Assembly: GCA_030295235.1 (NCBI GenBank) | Contig: AP026127.1 | Location: 248,001-312,000, forward strand | Length of the DNA: 64,000 nt | Reading direction: 5' to 3' | Source of the DNA: Fistulifera solaris | Taxonomy: Eukaryota | Shown here: in pieces, positions 13,253 to 25,653 of the stretch | How positions within the stretch are numbered: position 1 is the first letter of the stretch | Layout: each line of letters begins with the position of its first letter | Notes under the pieces: model-generated | What the model was told of the DNA's origin: nothing | What the model saw: only the letters and a program-made list of their open reading frames with translations | The model's database searches: none | Program-made: the position numbers and the translations under genes

Positions 13253-14146
13253 TCACTGCGACTCAGTTGCGTCCTCCAGTGCCGCGTGTTCCTTTTTAGA
13301 ATCAGCTGCTGACTGCTTCAACGCAACCAGGGAATAGATTTGAACACTCCCAAAGTTCAAATGCCTGATTTCGTCAAACCGAAAGGCTTTCTCCCCCGCA
13401 CACTCGAGTGACTCCAAAATGTGACCAAACTCCTTGGGCGACGGAAATTGTTGAATGGAATTCTGTAAATGCCAATATTCCCGCGGCGCTCCTGACAAAA
13501 TCGCCCCCACGGTGGGCACGGCATGACGAATGAACCAACGCGCCACCCTTCCCATCACGCCGAACGAATCATCCGGTTCCGAAAATTCCAGAATACAAAA
13601 TCGTGCCTGGTCTTTGAGAACTTGATGAATTTCGCACAACGCCTTGTTACGATTCGGGACATTACGAATACCAAAGGCCATGGTGGCACCATCAAAGTGA
13701 TTGGGACCAAATTGATAAGCAAATTGTTGCGCATCGGCTTGCTGCAGCTCAATGTGATCGGTATGCGCGGTTTTGGTTCGTCCGACGTCCAACATGTTGT
13801 TGCTGGGATCTAAGCCTACAATATGAGCCTGCGGCATTTGTTTGTGCAACAGAAGAGCCACATCGGCGGTACCGGTGGCCATGTCGAGCAAACGAGCGTC
13901 GCGCGGAACCGACGCGTCGATGATTTCCACCATGACCTGACGCCAGTGCACATCCATTCCGACAGCCAGTACTCGATTGATGAAGTCATAGCGTGTGGCA
14001 ATCAAATCAAACATGAAACCGCTTCCGAAATCAGAGGATGGCGGTGGTACGCCGGCGAATAGAATGTATTGATAAACGCCAAAGGATAGTAGAAGAGGGA
14101 GCGCCAACCACCAGCAAATCCGGCTTGGAGAACTCTTAGAGGTCAT
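13253..14146 (-). CDS. ubiE: UbiE/MenG/COQ5-family quinone C-methyltransferase
   Basis: MFDLIATRYDFINRVL, SAM motif LLDMATGTADV, FGIRNV, ILEFS. N-terminal hydrophobic anchor. Confidence 0.9.
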   Translation of the reverse strand: MTSKSSPSRICWWLALPLLLSFGVYQYILFAGVPPPSSDFGSGFMFDLIATRYDFINRVLAVGMDVHWRQVMVEIIDASVPRDARLLDMATGTADVALLLHKQMPQAHIVGLDPSNNMLDVGRTKTAHTDHIELQQADAQQFAYQFGPNHFDGATMAFGIRNVPNRNKALCEIHQVLKDQARFCILEFSEPDDSFGVMGRVARWFIRHAVPTVGAILSGAPREYWHLQNSIQQFPSPKEFGHILESLECAGEKAFRFDEIRHLNFGSVQIYSLVALKQSAADSKKEHAALEDATESQ

Positions 14147-14534
14147 GGCTTTTTTTATACGTAACTGACTCGGATCTTTTTGCTTGACGATGGCTTTATA
14201 AGCCTGTCCTCAATAATTACAGAACGCTCTTGGCTTTCCAAGTCGATAAGACCGTCACGCCATTCGTCATCGCAAACACTTTTTTCTTGTCGGTTTTGTC
14301 GGCCGAAAAAATGAAGGCCGTTTGTACTTCGACCGGCACTGACGCAGGAGGAATGACCACTCGGTACCGATACGACTTATGTCAACGGCTCTTGCGCTTG
14401 CGCCGAACATTCGATTGTCTTCTTGAAGAAACACCATCGACGTTCTACGAAACAATAAAGGAGATGTGCTGTTCTCTCCTCTTTCCTTTTGTATCATAAA
14501 CACCGGTCTATTTCAATGACAAACTGAACGAACA

Positions 14535-15074
14535 ATGATTGACCAAGCAAAAGAAAAGATCAAGGCCTACGCTCAAACGGCGGGTCAAAAGGCCGACGAA
14601 GTCACCGACTCGGTCTGCGAGAACGAAAAAGTGCAGGCGGCCAGTCAAAAGGTCCGAGACGTGGCGGAGGCCGTCGCCCAGAATCCCACCGTGCAAGCTG
14701 CGGGTCAGAAGGTCCAACAGGCGGCCGAAACGGTCGTCCAAAGTGATCTCATTCAAAAAGCCGCCGACAATGAACTGATTCAAGCGGCCAGTCGCAAGGT
14801 GCAGGAAGCGGCGCAAGCGATTGCCGAAAATGAATTACTACAAGCGGCAGCTCACAAAGTGCAAGACAAAGCACAGAAACTGGGTGCTATTTCGGAGGAC
14901 GAATACAAGGAGTTGTTTGAGAAAACCAACTTGGTGCCGACGGAGAAGGAAAAAGAGAAGGGTGCTGTGAATTTGGAAGGTGACCCTAAAGTTGTAACAG
15001 GAGAGACGCAACCCGAAACAAATAAAGACTTGGAAAAGGAGATTAAGCAAATGAAGGATATGACGAAAGGATGA
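14535..15074 (+). CDS. LEA-like alpha-helical hydrophilic repeat protein
   Basis: Repeated (N/E)xx(V/I/L)QAA(S/G)QKV(Q/R)xxAE motif. Rich in Ala, Gln, Lys and Glu. Confidence 0.7.
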   Translation: MIDQAKEKIKAYAQTAGQKADEVTDSVCENEKVQAASQKVRDVAEAVAQNPTVQAAGQKVQQAAETVVQSDLIQKAADNELIQAASRKVQEAAQAIAENELLQAAAHKVQDKAQKLGAISEDEYKELFEKTNLVPTEKEKEKGAVNLEGDPKVVTGETQPETNKDLEKEIKQMKDMTKG

Positions 15075-15451
15075 CATAATTTCTTTAGTTGCGTATAATG
15101 CAGAATTCATTATTCATATATTCATCGTCAAGAAGCAAATTCTCGCGTAGGAACCATGTATTACATATGTTGTTGATTGTTGTAGACCGCGTTGGAAAAA
15201 ACCTGACCCGATGAATCGTACAGCAGAGAAAACCGCTCACCCTGACGTCTAGATGAGTCAACAGAGAATACAGAAGAAGTCTCTATCGCCCTCCATGATT
15301 TTCTGACAAGACTCATTTGCGAACCCCTGCCCCCAGCGCATCAAATGATCAAAAGACCACTTCGTCCCACATATAGAATCATCTCACAAATCGTGGTTTC
15401 ACGCAACTTCCAACATTATTAAACGCGAAACCTTTTAACTACAACCTCACC

Positions 15452-15742
15452 ATGGCACGACCAGATCAAGATACGACGACAAACAAACCAAGCATGGTGG
15501 ACAAAGTCAAGGACAAGGTCCACGACATGTTTAGCGGGGACAGCAAAGGCAACACTGGATCGACGCAAGATAAGCCGAGCATGATGGATCAAGTCAAAGA
15601 AAAGGTTCAACATGTTATGGGCGGCGAAGATCGATACGACCATGGACACACTGGTACAACTAAAGCATCGACGCAAGAAAAGTTGTCGACCGGTGCCGGC
15701 GCCACTCCTTACGACAAGAATACCCCTACGAAGAAGATCTAA
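15452..15742 (+). CDS. Small hydrophilin (LEA/dehydrin-like), MARPDQD family
   Basis: Two KPSMxD(K/Q)VK(D/E)KV repeats. N-terminus shared with the 16597 gene. Confidence 0.7.
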   Translation: MARPDQDTTTNKPSMVDKVKDKVHDMFSGDSKGNTGSTQDKPSMMDQVKEKVQHVMGGEDRYDHGHTGTTKASTQEKLSTGAGATPYDKNTPTKKI

Positions 15743-16596
15743 AACGGGCGACGAGGCGACTCGTTTAGTTTGGCGAAAGTCTTCATATCGAAGTAATGCA
15801 TGACGGACTTACATAAAAGATTTCATATTGTTGAAGCTCCTTTAACATAGCTCGTCCGCGAAAAGGATTTAGGTATGCGGACCAGTAGCTCTTTTCTGTA
15901 GTAATTAGACCTATCAGTATTTGTTCTTTCCATTCGTTCGGTACCAAACCTCTCTTGCAACTAATACTTGATCAACGTTGCGATAACATGACGGTAATTC
16001 TCCGCTGCAACCTCTGTATAATGCACAAAAGCACGTTGTGATGCTTCTCTTTGCTACCAACACATCGTTTCATAATAAAGGTACCGGGTATCTGATTTCT
16101 TGGTAAGTTAGAGCGTATGAGCTCCGTTCCGTGATCGCGTGATCTTCCCGTCATCTTGGCAAGGGCTCAAGGAATCACGTCGTACCGGTGGTGACTCGTC
16201 GTCTTGCATTGAGCTTCAACATTTCGGAGAAGATTCTAGAGACGGCAGACATAGCAAAGTGCACGATCGACTATAGCCAGTAGCTCCCGATCAAGACACC
16301 AAACTTTGAAAAGCACTTGCGCAGTTGCAAGAACGGACCCAGAGCGGTGGAAAAGAAACACGATTCGTATTGCCTAAGTGATCCATACATCACCGAAAAG
16401 ACAGAATCCAACGAAATTCCATGAAATCGAAATACCAAGAAAAGAGAACCGTCTTTTTGATTCGACACGGGTTGATTGTTGAGAACTGCAAAAATGATCC
16501 CATTTCCCTCCTCTTATACACTCTCACAATATTGGATAGCATCCAGATACCATAAGAAACAGTAACAGAAACCAGTAAACAAACAGTAACATCACA

Positions 16597-18138
16597 ATGG
16601 CGCGACCTGATCAAGATAAACCGAAACCGAACATTGTCGACCAAGTCCGGGAAACAGTTTCGCATGTATTTGGCGGCGACAACCAAGGCGATAAAACCGT
16701 AACGGAAAGGACGGACGAGACCAAGGGAATGATTCAGGACAAGATGCCTTCCGGCACCACCACCACCAACGAGAAGACGATTGGCGACGCTACCCGCGAG
16801 AAGTACGAAGAACTGATGCAGAACGTTCAGAGCACATTGTCCGGCAACGCCAACAAGGATCTGGGTGACAAGACAGCGGACAAGTACCACGAGGGAAAGG
16901 GTGCGATCAAGGATACGTTCTCCTCGGGCGACAACAAAGATCTCGGCGACAAGGCTGCGGACAAGTACCATGAGGGCAAAGGAGCCGTTCAGGATATGGG
17001 CGACAAAGCCGCGGACAAGTACCAGCAAGGGAAAGAATCCATTCAGGATACGTACCAGCAAGGGAAAGACAAGTTCTCTGGTGAGAAGGACCTCGGCGAC
17101 AAGGCCGCTGACAAGTATCACCAGGGAAAAGGCTTCATCAAGGATACCTTACTCTCTGACGAAGGCAAGGATCTAGGTGACCGCACCGCCGACGCCTACC
17201 ACGGCACCAAGGGCATGGCCCAAGCCGCGGGTGACAAGATCGTTGGTGTCAAGGACTCGATCCAGGACAAGTTGCACCAGGGCATCGAAACGGTCCAAGA
17301 CACGCTGCACCAGAGCAAAGAGGCCGTTCAGGATCGATTGCATCAGGGCAAAGAGACAATTGTTGACAAGTACCAGCAGAGTAAAGAAGCTGCCGAGCAG
17401 AAGTACGAGCAGAGCAAGCAAGCCGCCCAGCAGACTTACGAGCAGGGAAAGGAAAAGGCTGTGCAAGGCAAAGACATGGCACAGGACAAGTTGCAACAAG
17501 GCAAAGAGATGGCCCAAGACAGGATGCAGCAAGGCAAGGAAATGGCTCAGGGCACCTACGAGCAGGGCAAGGACATGGCGCAACAGGGCAAAGAGACGGC
17601 TCAGGACAAGATGCAACAGGGAAAGGAAATGGCCCAAGACAAGTGGCAGCAGGGCAAGGACATGGCGCAACAGGGCAAAGAGACGGCTCAGGACAAGATG
17701 CAACAGGGAAAGGAAATGACCCAGGACAAGTGGCAGCAGGGCAAGGACATGGCGCAACAGGGCAAAGAGACGGCGCAGGACAAGATGCAGCAGGGAAAGG
17801 AGACTGCTCAGGACAAGTTTCAACAAGGAAAAGAAACTACCAAGGACAAGATGTCTTCCATGGGCGATAAAGCCAACCAGATGGGCGACAAAGCCAAGGA
17901 TACGTACCAGCAGGGCAAAGAAAAGACCCAGAGCAAGTTTTCGTCTCCTTCCGGCGGCTCCAGCGGCAGTCAGGATAAAGTGCCCGAAACGAGCGGAGTG
18001 ACCGTCAAGGTTATTGCCAATGACGACACGAATTTGGGTGACCAAGCCGGTGCGAAATTCAACGAGCTGAAAGGCAAGACCCACGCCGAGGACAAATTCT
18101 CTACTTACAAGGGAAACAATCCCGACAAGAAGTATTAA
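16597..18138 (+). CDS. Large group-3-LEA-like hydrophilin, MARPDQD family
   Basis: 513-aa ORF with 11-mer repeats (AQDKMQQGKEM type) and KDLGDKAADKYHxGK repeats. Confidence 0.85.
   Translation: MARPDQDKPKPNIVDQVRETVSHVFGGDNQGDKTVTERTDETKGMIQDKMPSGTTTTNEKTIGDATREKYEELMQNVQSTLSGNANKDLGDKTADKYHEGKGAIKDTFSSGDNKDLGDKAADKYHEGKGAVQDMGDKAADKYQQGKESIQDTYQQGKDKFSGEKDLGDKAADKYHQGKGFIKDTLLSDEGKDLGDRTADAYHGTKGMAQAAGDKIVGVKDSIQDKLHQGIETVQDTLHQSKEAVQDRLHQGKETIVDKYQQSKEAAEQKYEQSKQAAQQTYEQGKEKAVQGKDMAQDKLQQGKEMAQDRMQQGKEMAQGTYEQGKDMAQQGKETAQDKMQQGKEMAQDKWQQGKDMAQQGKETAQDKMQQGKEMTQDKWQQGKDMAQQGKETAQDKMQQGKETAQDKFQQGKETTKDKMSSMGDKANQMGDKAKDTYQQGKEKTQSKFSSPSGGSSGSQDKVPETSGVTVKVIANDDTNLGDQAGAKFNELKGKTHAEDKFSTYKGNNPDKKY
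17561..17820 (+). repeat. 87-bp coding tandem repeat, 3 copies
   Basis: Units start at 17561, 17648 and 17735 and encode QQGKDMAQQGKETAQDKMQQGKEMAQDKW (7+11+11 aa). Confidence 0.9.
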
Positions 18139-18866
18139 ACGTCTTCTGCATTTGATTGATAGAGCCTCTGGAGAACGAGGCAGGTGGCCAGTGTCATTAA
18201 GCACAGACGAAATGAAAACAGCCGTTTAATAGTACTGCATATTTGCACATGTCATTGCTTGCAATTGTAGCGGAATGTATAGTGTAGCCACTTGCCCATT
18301 GATTTTGTATATGCGACCGTGCGGCTTTTGTTTGTTTTTCGAGCGCATGCTTTGGCTAGACTACCACGCAAAGAAAACTTTTGTCAGTCTCAATCATTTT
18401 CTTGTCAAGGGACAGCTACATACAGAATATCTGTTATGAATTATGAATGCATGGCGATGCTTTTCATGTTTCATCGTCGTCATCGTCGCATCGCGCGTCG
18501 CCGCTCGCATCTCTGTACTCTGTACAAGAAGCAGTCACGGCGGTCATGAGAGTAATAAGGTTAGTCACGAGCATGGAGCTTCACATCTAAGCACCGTAGC
18601 GACAGGAACTTGAGTTTTAGTAGGACACGATCGCCTTTCGTTCGTTCGCCGTGCCGCGCACGTATTTTTTGATTGTGATGTTTTTAGTTTTTATTGATTG
18701 CGGCGATGCGACTGACATTATTTATACGCAATAACTCGTTTGCTTTATCCGAGACCCGAACCTTTTCCTCTCTTATCCTAACGGAATCGGGAGCTTTCGT
18801 GCGTGAAACGCAAACGACAAGGATCTTTTGCGACAGCACTTTCAGTCTTTTTGAAAGTACGAGGGA

Positions 18867-21040
18867 ATGAGGCGTTTATTGCGGTTCGGCTTCTGCCCGC
18901 TCGTGCTTTTCTTCTTGCTGACAGCCGTAAGCTGCTTCAGGGAAATACGTTATAGGCAACATCGAATCATCGAATTGAAATTAGCCGAACAGCACGAAGC
19001 TTCATCCGCAGCAACTGCGGCGATTCCATCTGATACCATCGTGACTCCAAAAGAATCCGAGGAAACAACTATCGAAAAAGGAACAAAGAGTCCGAAACAA
19101 CAACCAAAAACATTGATTTCCGATCATCCGATACTATCATTAGACCCTTCGAAAGGCTACAATGTCGTCTTGACCCATTCGACGGCCGATTTTGATTCAC
19201 TCGCTTCCGCGGTCGGCTTGGCCAAATTATGGTCGGCCGAAGCCGTCCCTTCTTCCTCGGACGTCAAATCCTTTGACAGTGCCAGTCATGTACCGACGTA
19301 CGTAGTGCTACCCCGTGGTGCTCATCCGTCCGTGCAACGTTTCCTGTCGCTGCACAAGCATTTGTTTCCCATTCGATCCTTGAAAAGTCTCCCATCTCCC
19401 GCCGGGCGTCTCAATCGGTTGGCTCTTGTGGATGCTCAACGCAAAGAACGATTAATACCGGCCGAAGGCTTGCTGGAACACGCCAAGCGTATTACGGTCG
19501 TCGATCATCATGTCGATCAAGATTCGGATATTGCGGCCGATGATTATGTCGTCGACAAGGTTGGGAGTGTGACCACGTTAATAGCCGAACGCTTGCAACA
19601 GCAAGAATTATCACTGACGGAAGCGGAAGCGACACTGCTGGCTTTGGGGATTCATGCCGATACGGGCAATTTGTGTTTTGACAATACGACACCCCGAGAC
19701 GCCTACGCATTGGCCTGGTGTTTGTCGCAGGGCGCGAGTCAAACCGCGATTGCCGAACACGTCAATTCGCCGCTCAGTCCTGAACAACAGAGTGTTTTGA
19801 CGCGGGCGTTGTTACACGTCAATACGACCGTCGTTAATGGGGTCACGATTTCGACGGTCCTGTTGCAGGCGGATGCTTTCATACAGGGCTTGGCAGCGGT
19901 CACACAAGATGCGTTGGAATTGAGCAGCAGTGATATTTTCTTGATGGGATTGGTGTACGGAACCTCGAAAAGAAAAGATGACTTTACTGTTTCAGTACAG
20001 GCTCTCCTGCCTTCCTTATTACCACTCAATAAAGATGTCTCTGAAACGGAACAGTTCTTACGTGATGCTTTTCGTGAGCGAGATTTAGATCAGTCGGGAC
20101 ATCTAGATGCTACAGAAATAAGTCGCGCTTTGAATCAAGCTGGAGTAGTGACCACTCCCTCACAAATTCAAAGGCTGGTCCATGCTATGGATGCAGACGG
20201 TGATGGTCAAGTAGATTGTCAGGAATTTGTGGATTTTGTCATGGCACAACAACAAAAGCAACAGCAGCAGACCAAGAAGAATCACATGATTGTAATTGGT
20301 CGTGTGAAAGCAAGTGCCAATTTGAAAGACGTAAAGTTAAATCATTTGTTAGAACCGTTTGGAGGAGGCGGACACCCGAAAGCAGCGTCGGCCACCGTGC
20401 GGGTCTTGGAGGAAACGCAGGCCGCCGAAATTTTGCAATCGCTCGTCGACCAACTGGTGGAACACGCCTTACCCGAACAAGCCACAGTAGCTGATTTCAT
20501 GATGAGTCCCGTCTTGTCGGTGACCCCCGACATGACTGAAGTACAAGTAGAACGCCTCTTTACACGCTTGGATGTCCGGGCCCTGCCGGTGGTCAATCCG
20601 ACCGACAATACGGTCATTGGATTAGTCACTTACAAAGAAGTGGCTGCCGCGAAGCAACGATTGTGGAATAAAGAACAGAAGCGTCAGCAACAAGAACAAC
20701 AGGCGTTGGAAAAGGTGCACCACTTCCCGTGGCGGACGAAAAGCAATTGCACACGACCGTCAAAGCGTGGATGAAACAACATTTTCAGACCGTCGAAGTG
20801 AGTGCGACGATGCAAGATGTGGAATTGATTTTGTTGGAGAACGATATTGGCTGTATACCGGTGGTAGAAACGGGAACTCACACGTTGGTAGGAATGGTGA
20901 CACGAACAGATTTGTTACGACAACATCGCTACTATCCGTCTCTCCCGTATCACAACAAAGGCATGGCCGATTCGATCGCCGCTCGGAAACCCATGATTGA
21001 ATTGCGGAAACGTCTGAAGCGATTTGATAACGAGTTATAG
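18867..21040 (+). CDS. DHH/DHHA1 phosphoesterase with inserted EF-hand pair and C-terminal CBS pair; probably plastid-targeted
   Basis: Motifs THSTADFDS, VDHH, GIHADTG and GGGGHPKAAS. EF loops DLDQSGHLDATE and DADGDGQVDCQE. CBS motifs VRALPVV and IGCIPVV..GMVTRTDL. Signal peptide ending VSC-F. 1-bp frameshift in the A-run near 20710. Confidence 0.85.
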
Positions 21041-21376
21041 AATTGATGGCTGACCATTTTCGCAATGATCGCATCACTCCAATTCACGCTATGTTTACTA
21101 CTCTTGAAACGCTTGCTACCTCTAAGCACAAACCTGATTCATTCGAATAAGACTGCGGTCTATGCTAACAACAAAATCCGATTACCCACAGATTATTCTA
21201 GCATACATTTATTTCTTGAGTTCTTGACATCATCAATCATCAGTCATCTTGCCAAGCTGGTTACTAAAGCTCTTAAACGATGATAGTGAGCATGATTTAT
21301 TTTGTTATAATTATAGTATGGCAAAGGACTAACAAAGGCGACGAAGTGATGATTCCATCCTCCAGTTTCTGCTTTT

Positions 21377-22069
21377 TTACTGAGCCCCGTAATCACATTG
21401 ATATTCCGATTGTGACAGAATTAACGCGGCAATTAATCCATACAATCCCAAGTTGGACGCAAAAACTTGAATCAATACCGTGCCCACAAAGAGCGCATCA
21501 CCACTGCTCGTGACTTGTCCACCACTATCTCCCGTAAATCCCATTTTCTTCCACGAAGCCGCCATATGCGATTGCGCTCCGACTGCCCGTGTCCCGGCAT
21601 CGGCCGCAATCCCAATCGCCAATCCCGACGCCAAACTGCACAAGCCGCAACACAACCCGGCGGCAAGGTGCGAAAAGCCATTGTATTGCGAATAGGTGGC
21701 AAAGCCGTCCGCCGCGGGCATGGTGAATTTTCCGTTCAAAATGACGGCCACGATCAATCCATAAATGCCCAAAACACCCGCCATGACGACTGGAATAATA
21801 TTTTTCATCAACAATTCCGGAGATCGAACGCCCATGGCCATGAGACCTTGTCCCGCTTTGGCCGTCCCGTACGCGCCGCCGAGGTCTTTTTGAACGAGGA
21901 GTCAGAGAATGAATTATAAATGCTGCAGTTAAAGTTCTTTCGACTTACTCGCAAACACAACCGCACTGGCAATACCGGCAAAGCCCAATACGGGCGCCCA
22001 ATGAGGACACGTATAACTGAAATTCGCATCGTTGAGGCCATTGTTTTCGTAATAATTCTGTTCGGCCAT
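21377..22069 (-). CDS. V-ATPase V0 proteolipid subunit c paralog, atypical
   Basis: [40 protein letters not shown] and LGLYGLI motifs. Intron 21886-21948. Confidence 0.9.
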
Positions 22070-22744
22070 ATTGTTGTTGTTGTGTTAATCAAAAATGAAA
22101 ACGACTGATGTTATTGATTGCTTTCCTTTCAACAGCAACAACACACGCCCATTGCAAGTCTTTATTTTCGTTGTTGTTTCGACGCGAGGACGACGAGAAA
22201 AATACGCGTGTGCGACGAACTTCCATCGGATGGTTCGTTCATCAGCGATCAACGGAAAATTGTAATATAGTACAAATACTCATTATTATACGATCATGAA
22301 GACTATTCCATCATGACCTAGCTACTTAATTAACGGCTACCAAGCGAGCCAATCCCATACGGTACTAATATTTAGACAAGCTTCTTTCAACAACGGACAT
22401 GAAAAAAGCAAGATTGGATTTTAGTCACGGCCAGATAGTCATCACCTCCACGGCTTTTTTCTTCAACCCGTTTCTTCGTCCGCACCGACGAAGCTTTTTT
22501 TGTTGACACGCAACAACATTCCTTTTTCGAGGAACAACAAATAATACAATCGACAATTCCTAATATTATTGGTCTTTTTAGCTGCGCATTTACGCATCGC
22601 AGTCTTTCCTTTGTAACTTTCATTCAAGTTATAGAAAGATCAAGTTTGAGTGTGTTGAAGCTCGGAAAGAGAAAGCACAATCACTTCGAATCGCGTTTGA
22701 CGACAAAAATTGAAAGTTTCTTATCTTTCTTTTCTGTACAAACC

Positions 22745-25149
22745 ATGATTTCCCTCCAACGACTCCTCTTCATCGTCGGCGGGCTGTTTTGTATAGAGGT
22801 TTCAGCTTTATCCAGTACAACCATCAATCCGACCAGTCGCTTGCAAAAAGCACGATTACTGCTGGAAGAATACACTTCATCCGAAGCACTTTTACTCAAC
22901 AATACTGCTGCTGCGGAAGATACGTCCCCCAATGCCGTAGCATCTTCCGCCTGGCGGAATGGGCACCTTGTCGGCAATGATAAAGTCGTAACACGATGGT
23001 CGCAAGGCGTCCAAGTGGCGGAACCCGTCAAACGGTACGATCCCATATTGGCGCAACAACAACTTTTTCGTCAACCGACCAAATGGTTGGTTCGGAACGT
23101 CCAAATTGCTTGGCCATTGGGGTGGTGGGCGGTCGGTGTCATTACCGATTATGTCTTTCAAGAGAAAAACAATCGTCGGAAACGCGCCGAACAATTGCGG
23201 CAAGCCATTTCCAGTCTCGGGCCAGCCATTATCAAAGCCGGACAAGCCTTGAGCAGTCGTCCCGATTTGTTGCCGGCGGAATATTTGGAAGAATTGCAAA
23301 AATTACAAGATGATGTCCCGCGCTTTCCCAATGAAGTGGCCTTTCGGGTGGCCTGTGAGGAATTGGGCATTGACGATTTTGAAAGTGTCTTTTGTTGGAA
23401 CAAGAAGAACCTGTGGCGGCCGCGTCGATTGGGCAAGTCTATAAGGCGCGCTTGCAAGCCAATGGGGATGTCGTTGCCCTCAAGATTCAGCGACCCAATT
23501 GTGAACAAGTCATTGCTTTGGACTTGTACATTTTGCGATGGTGGAGTGGCGTATACAATCGCATTTTTCAAATATTGCAGCGTGATATTGACTTGCAAGC
23601 TGTGATGGATGATTTTGGGGAATTGATTTACCGTGAGATTGATTATATTGCGGAAATGTCCAATGCGCAACGCTTTCAGGAGCTCTATGCTGGAGTGCGG
23701 GATGTCTTTGTGCCCCGGGTGTATTCGGAATTGACGACGAGCAAAGTACTTACGATGGAGTGGGTGGATGGATTTCGTTTGACGGATCAAGACAGTTTAC
23801 AGAAGTATGGCCTCGATAAAAGTGCTCTGGTGGATACGTTGGTGCAGTGTACATTGAAACAGATTCTCGAAAATGGTCTTTTTCACGCTGATCCGCATGT
23901 ACGTTTGATGACTTTAGATTTGTTGTTACTTGCAAGCATATTTCCTAACCTTGCTGATATTTTCCTACCAACAGGCGGGAAACTTGCTGGCTACCCCCGA
24001 TGGACGCTTGTGTTATTTGGATTTCGGCATGATGAGTTATGCAGCACAAAATCAACGCAATGGATTCTTGTTAGCAGTCGTTCACATTGTCAACAGAGAT
24101 TGGGCGGCGCTGGTACAGCTGTACGTCCAACTTGGTTTCATTCCAGAGGGTACTGATTTGGAACCCATTCAAGTGGCGTTGGAGCGAGCACTCCCAGATG
24201 TGTTGAATGCAGATATTACCGAACTGAACTTTAAGAACGTCATTAACAAGTTGGGCGATGTAAGTGTGACACGAATCATTCGCTGTTCTCGGTCTGCCAT
24301 TCTCACATGCGCTTGACTCGCTCATCGAAGATCATGTACACGTATCCATTTTCACTGCCGCCTTTCTACATTGCCATTATTCGTTGTCTTGGTGTCTTGG
24401 AAGGGCTTGCTATTCAGGTTGATCCCAAGTCACGTATTATCAGTAAGGCTTATCCTTACATCGCGAGTCGGGTATTAACCGATCCCCAAGATCCACTCCA
24501 AGAAGCTTTCAAGAGACTAGCATTCACTCCTGAAGGATCCATTCGTACAGAACGGCTGGAGAGTTTGTTGGATCAAGCAAAAGACGCGTCTGGTTACGAT
24601 GTGACTGCTGCTTTGAACTTGTTGGTGGATAAGTACTTACTAGCGCCGGATTCCGATCGACTTCTGGAGCAAATGTCTGATCAAATTGTACAAGCAGTGG
24701 ATACTTTGGGCATGGAAACCGTTCAGTACCTGGCTAAAGCCGGCCAAGCGCTGGCCATCAATGATGAAGTCGCTGCTGTTCGTGCTTTTCGATCAATACA
24801 ACAGCTGCTGGATGCCAGAGTTCGAGCGGATAGCGAGGACGAGGGCGACTCGCCAAAATGGGAAACGTCTTTGGAACTGCCGGAAATGCCTCCAACTATG
24901 CGAAGGTCCCAGAAAATTCTTGACTTATTATTATCGCAATCGGCAGAAGGTAGCGATCCTGCCAAATTCGTTCCGCTCGTACGGAAACTAATACAAGACG
25001 AACGCATTAGGCGGTCAGCGCAGGATGTGGTGGCTCGTGTCGGTGAACGAGTTCTGAGCCGAAGCTTGCGAAGTACTTTTGGGCTACCGCCTCCTCTTTT
25101 TGGAAAAGCAAGCTCACTCTCCACCGTCACGGAAGACCGAGAGAAATAA
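22745..25149 (+). CDS. ABC1K/UbiB atypical kinase, probably plastid
   Basis: IKAGQALSSRPD, AAASIGQVY, VALKIQRP, FHADPH-AGN and LDFGM motifs. Introns 23899-23974 and 24260-24330. Frameshift in the T-run near 23390. Confidence 0.9.
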
Positions 25150-25653
25150 GAAATTGTTTAATAGATACAGTAAACGATTAATGGATCGTTCGATGTACTG
25201 ATAATGTTCTCGGATCGAGATACGCACTGCATTTTGGTTGATTGTTGTCTATGATTTGCGGTTACTCATCGGCGTAAAGCACATTGCCAGTGGTCGCGTG
25301 TCATAATATAATAGTAACCTTAGCTGCTTCTCTTGATACGGCCGACTCAATTGATGAAAGAATGTTTTTGCCCGACTCCTCTAAAGGGTTCGGACCCAGT
25401 AAATTTTACTTTTCGCGTCGTCACATCGAGAACGCGAAGTTGTTCTCATTTCCAGGAAGCAACCCCAAAGTTGCGAACTGGTCATGTGAGAACACTATCG
25501 ACGTTTCATTATGGATTCCATTTGATAAATAGGTCTGAATCATCCCAAAAGAGAGCACACCATCATTTTTGGGCTGTACGAAACGACAAGAAACCACAAG
25601 ATTCATTTGTTGAAATCGTTATAAGAGAAACGTAACCAGCGAAAAGTGCAATT

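Noticed and set aside
16390..18204. Antisense hydrophobic ORFs (243 and 343 aa)
   Set aside because: Mirror of the repetitive, codon-biased LEA-like gene.
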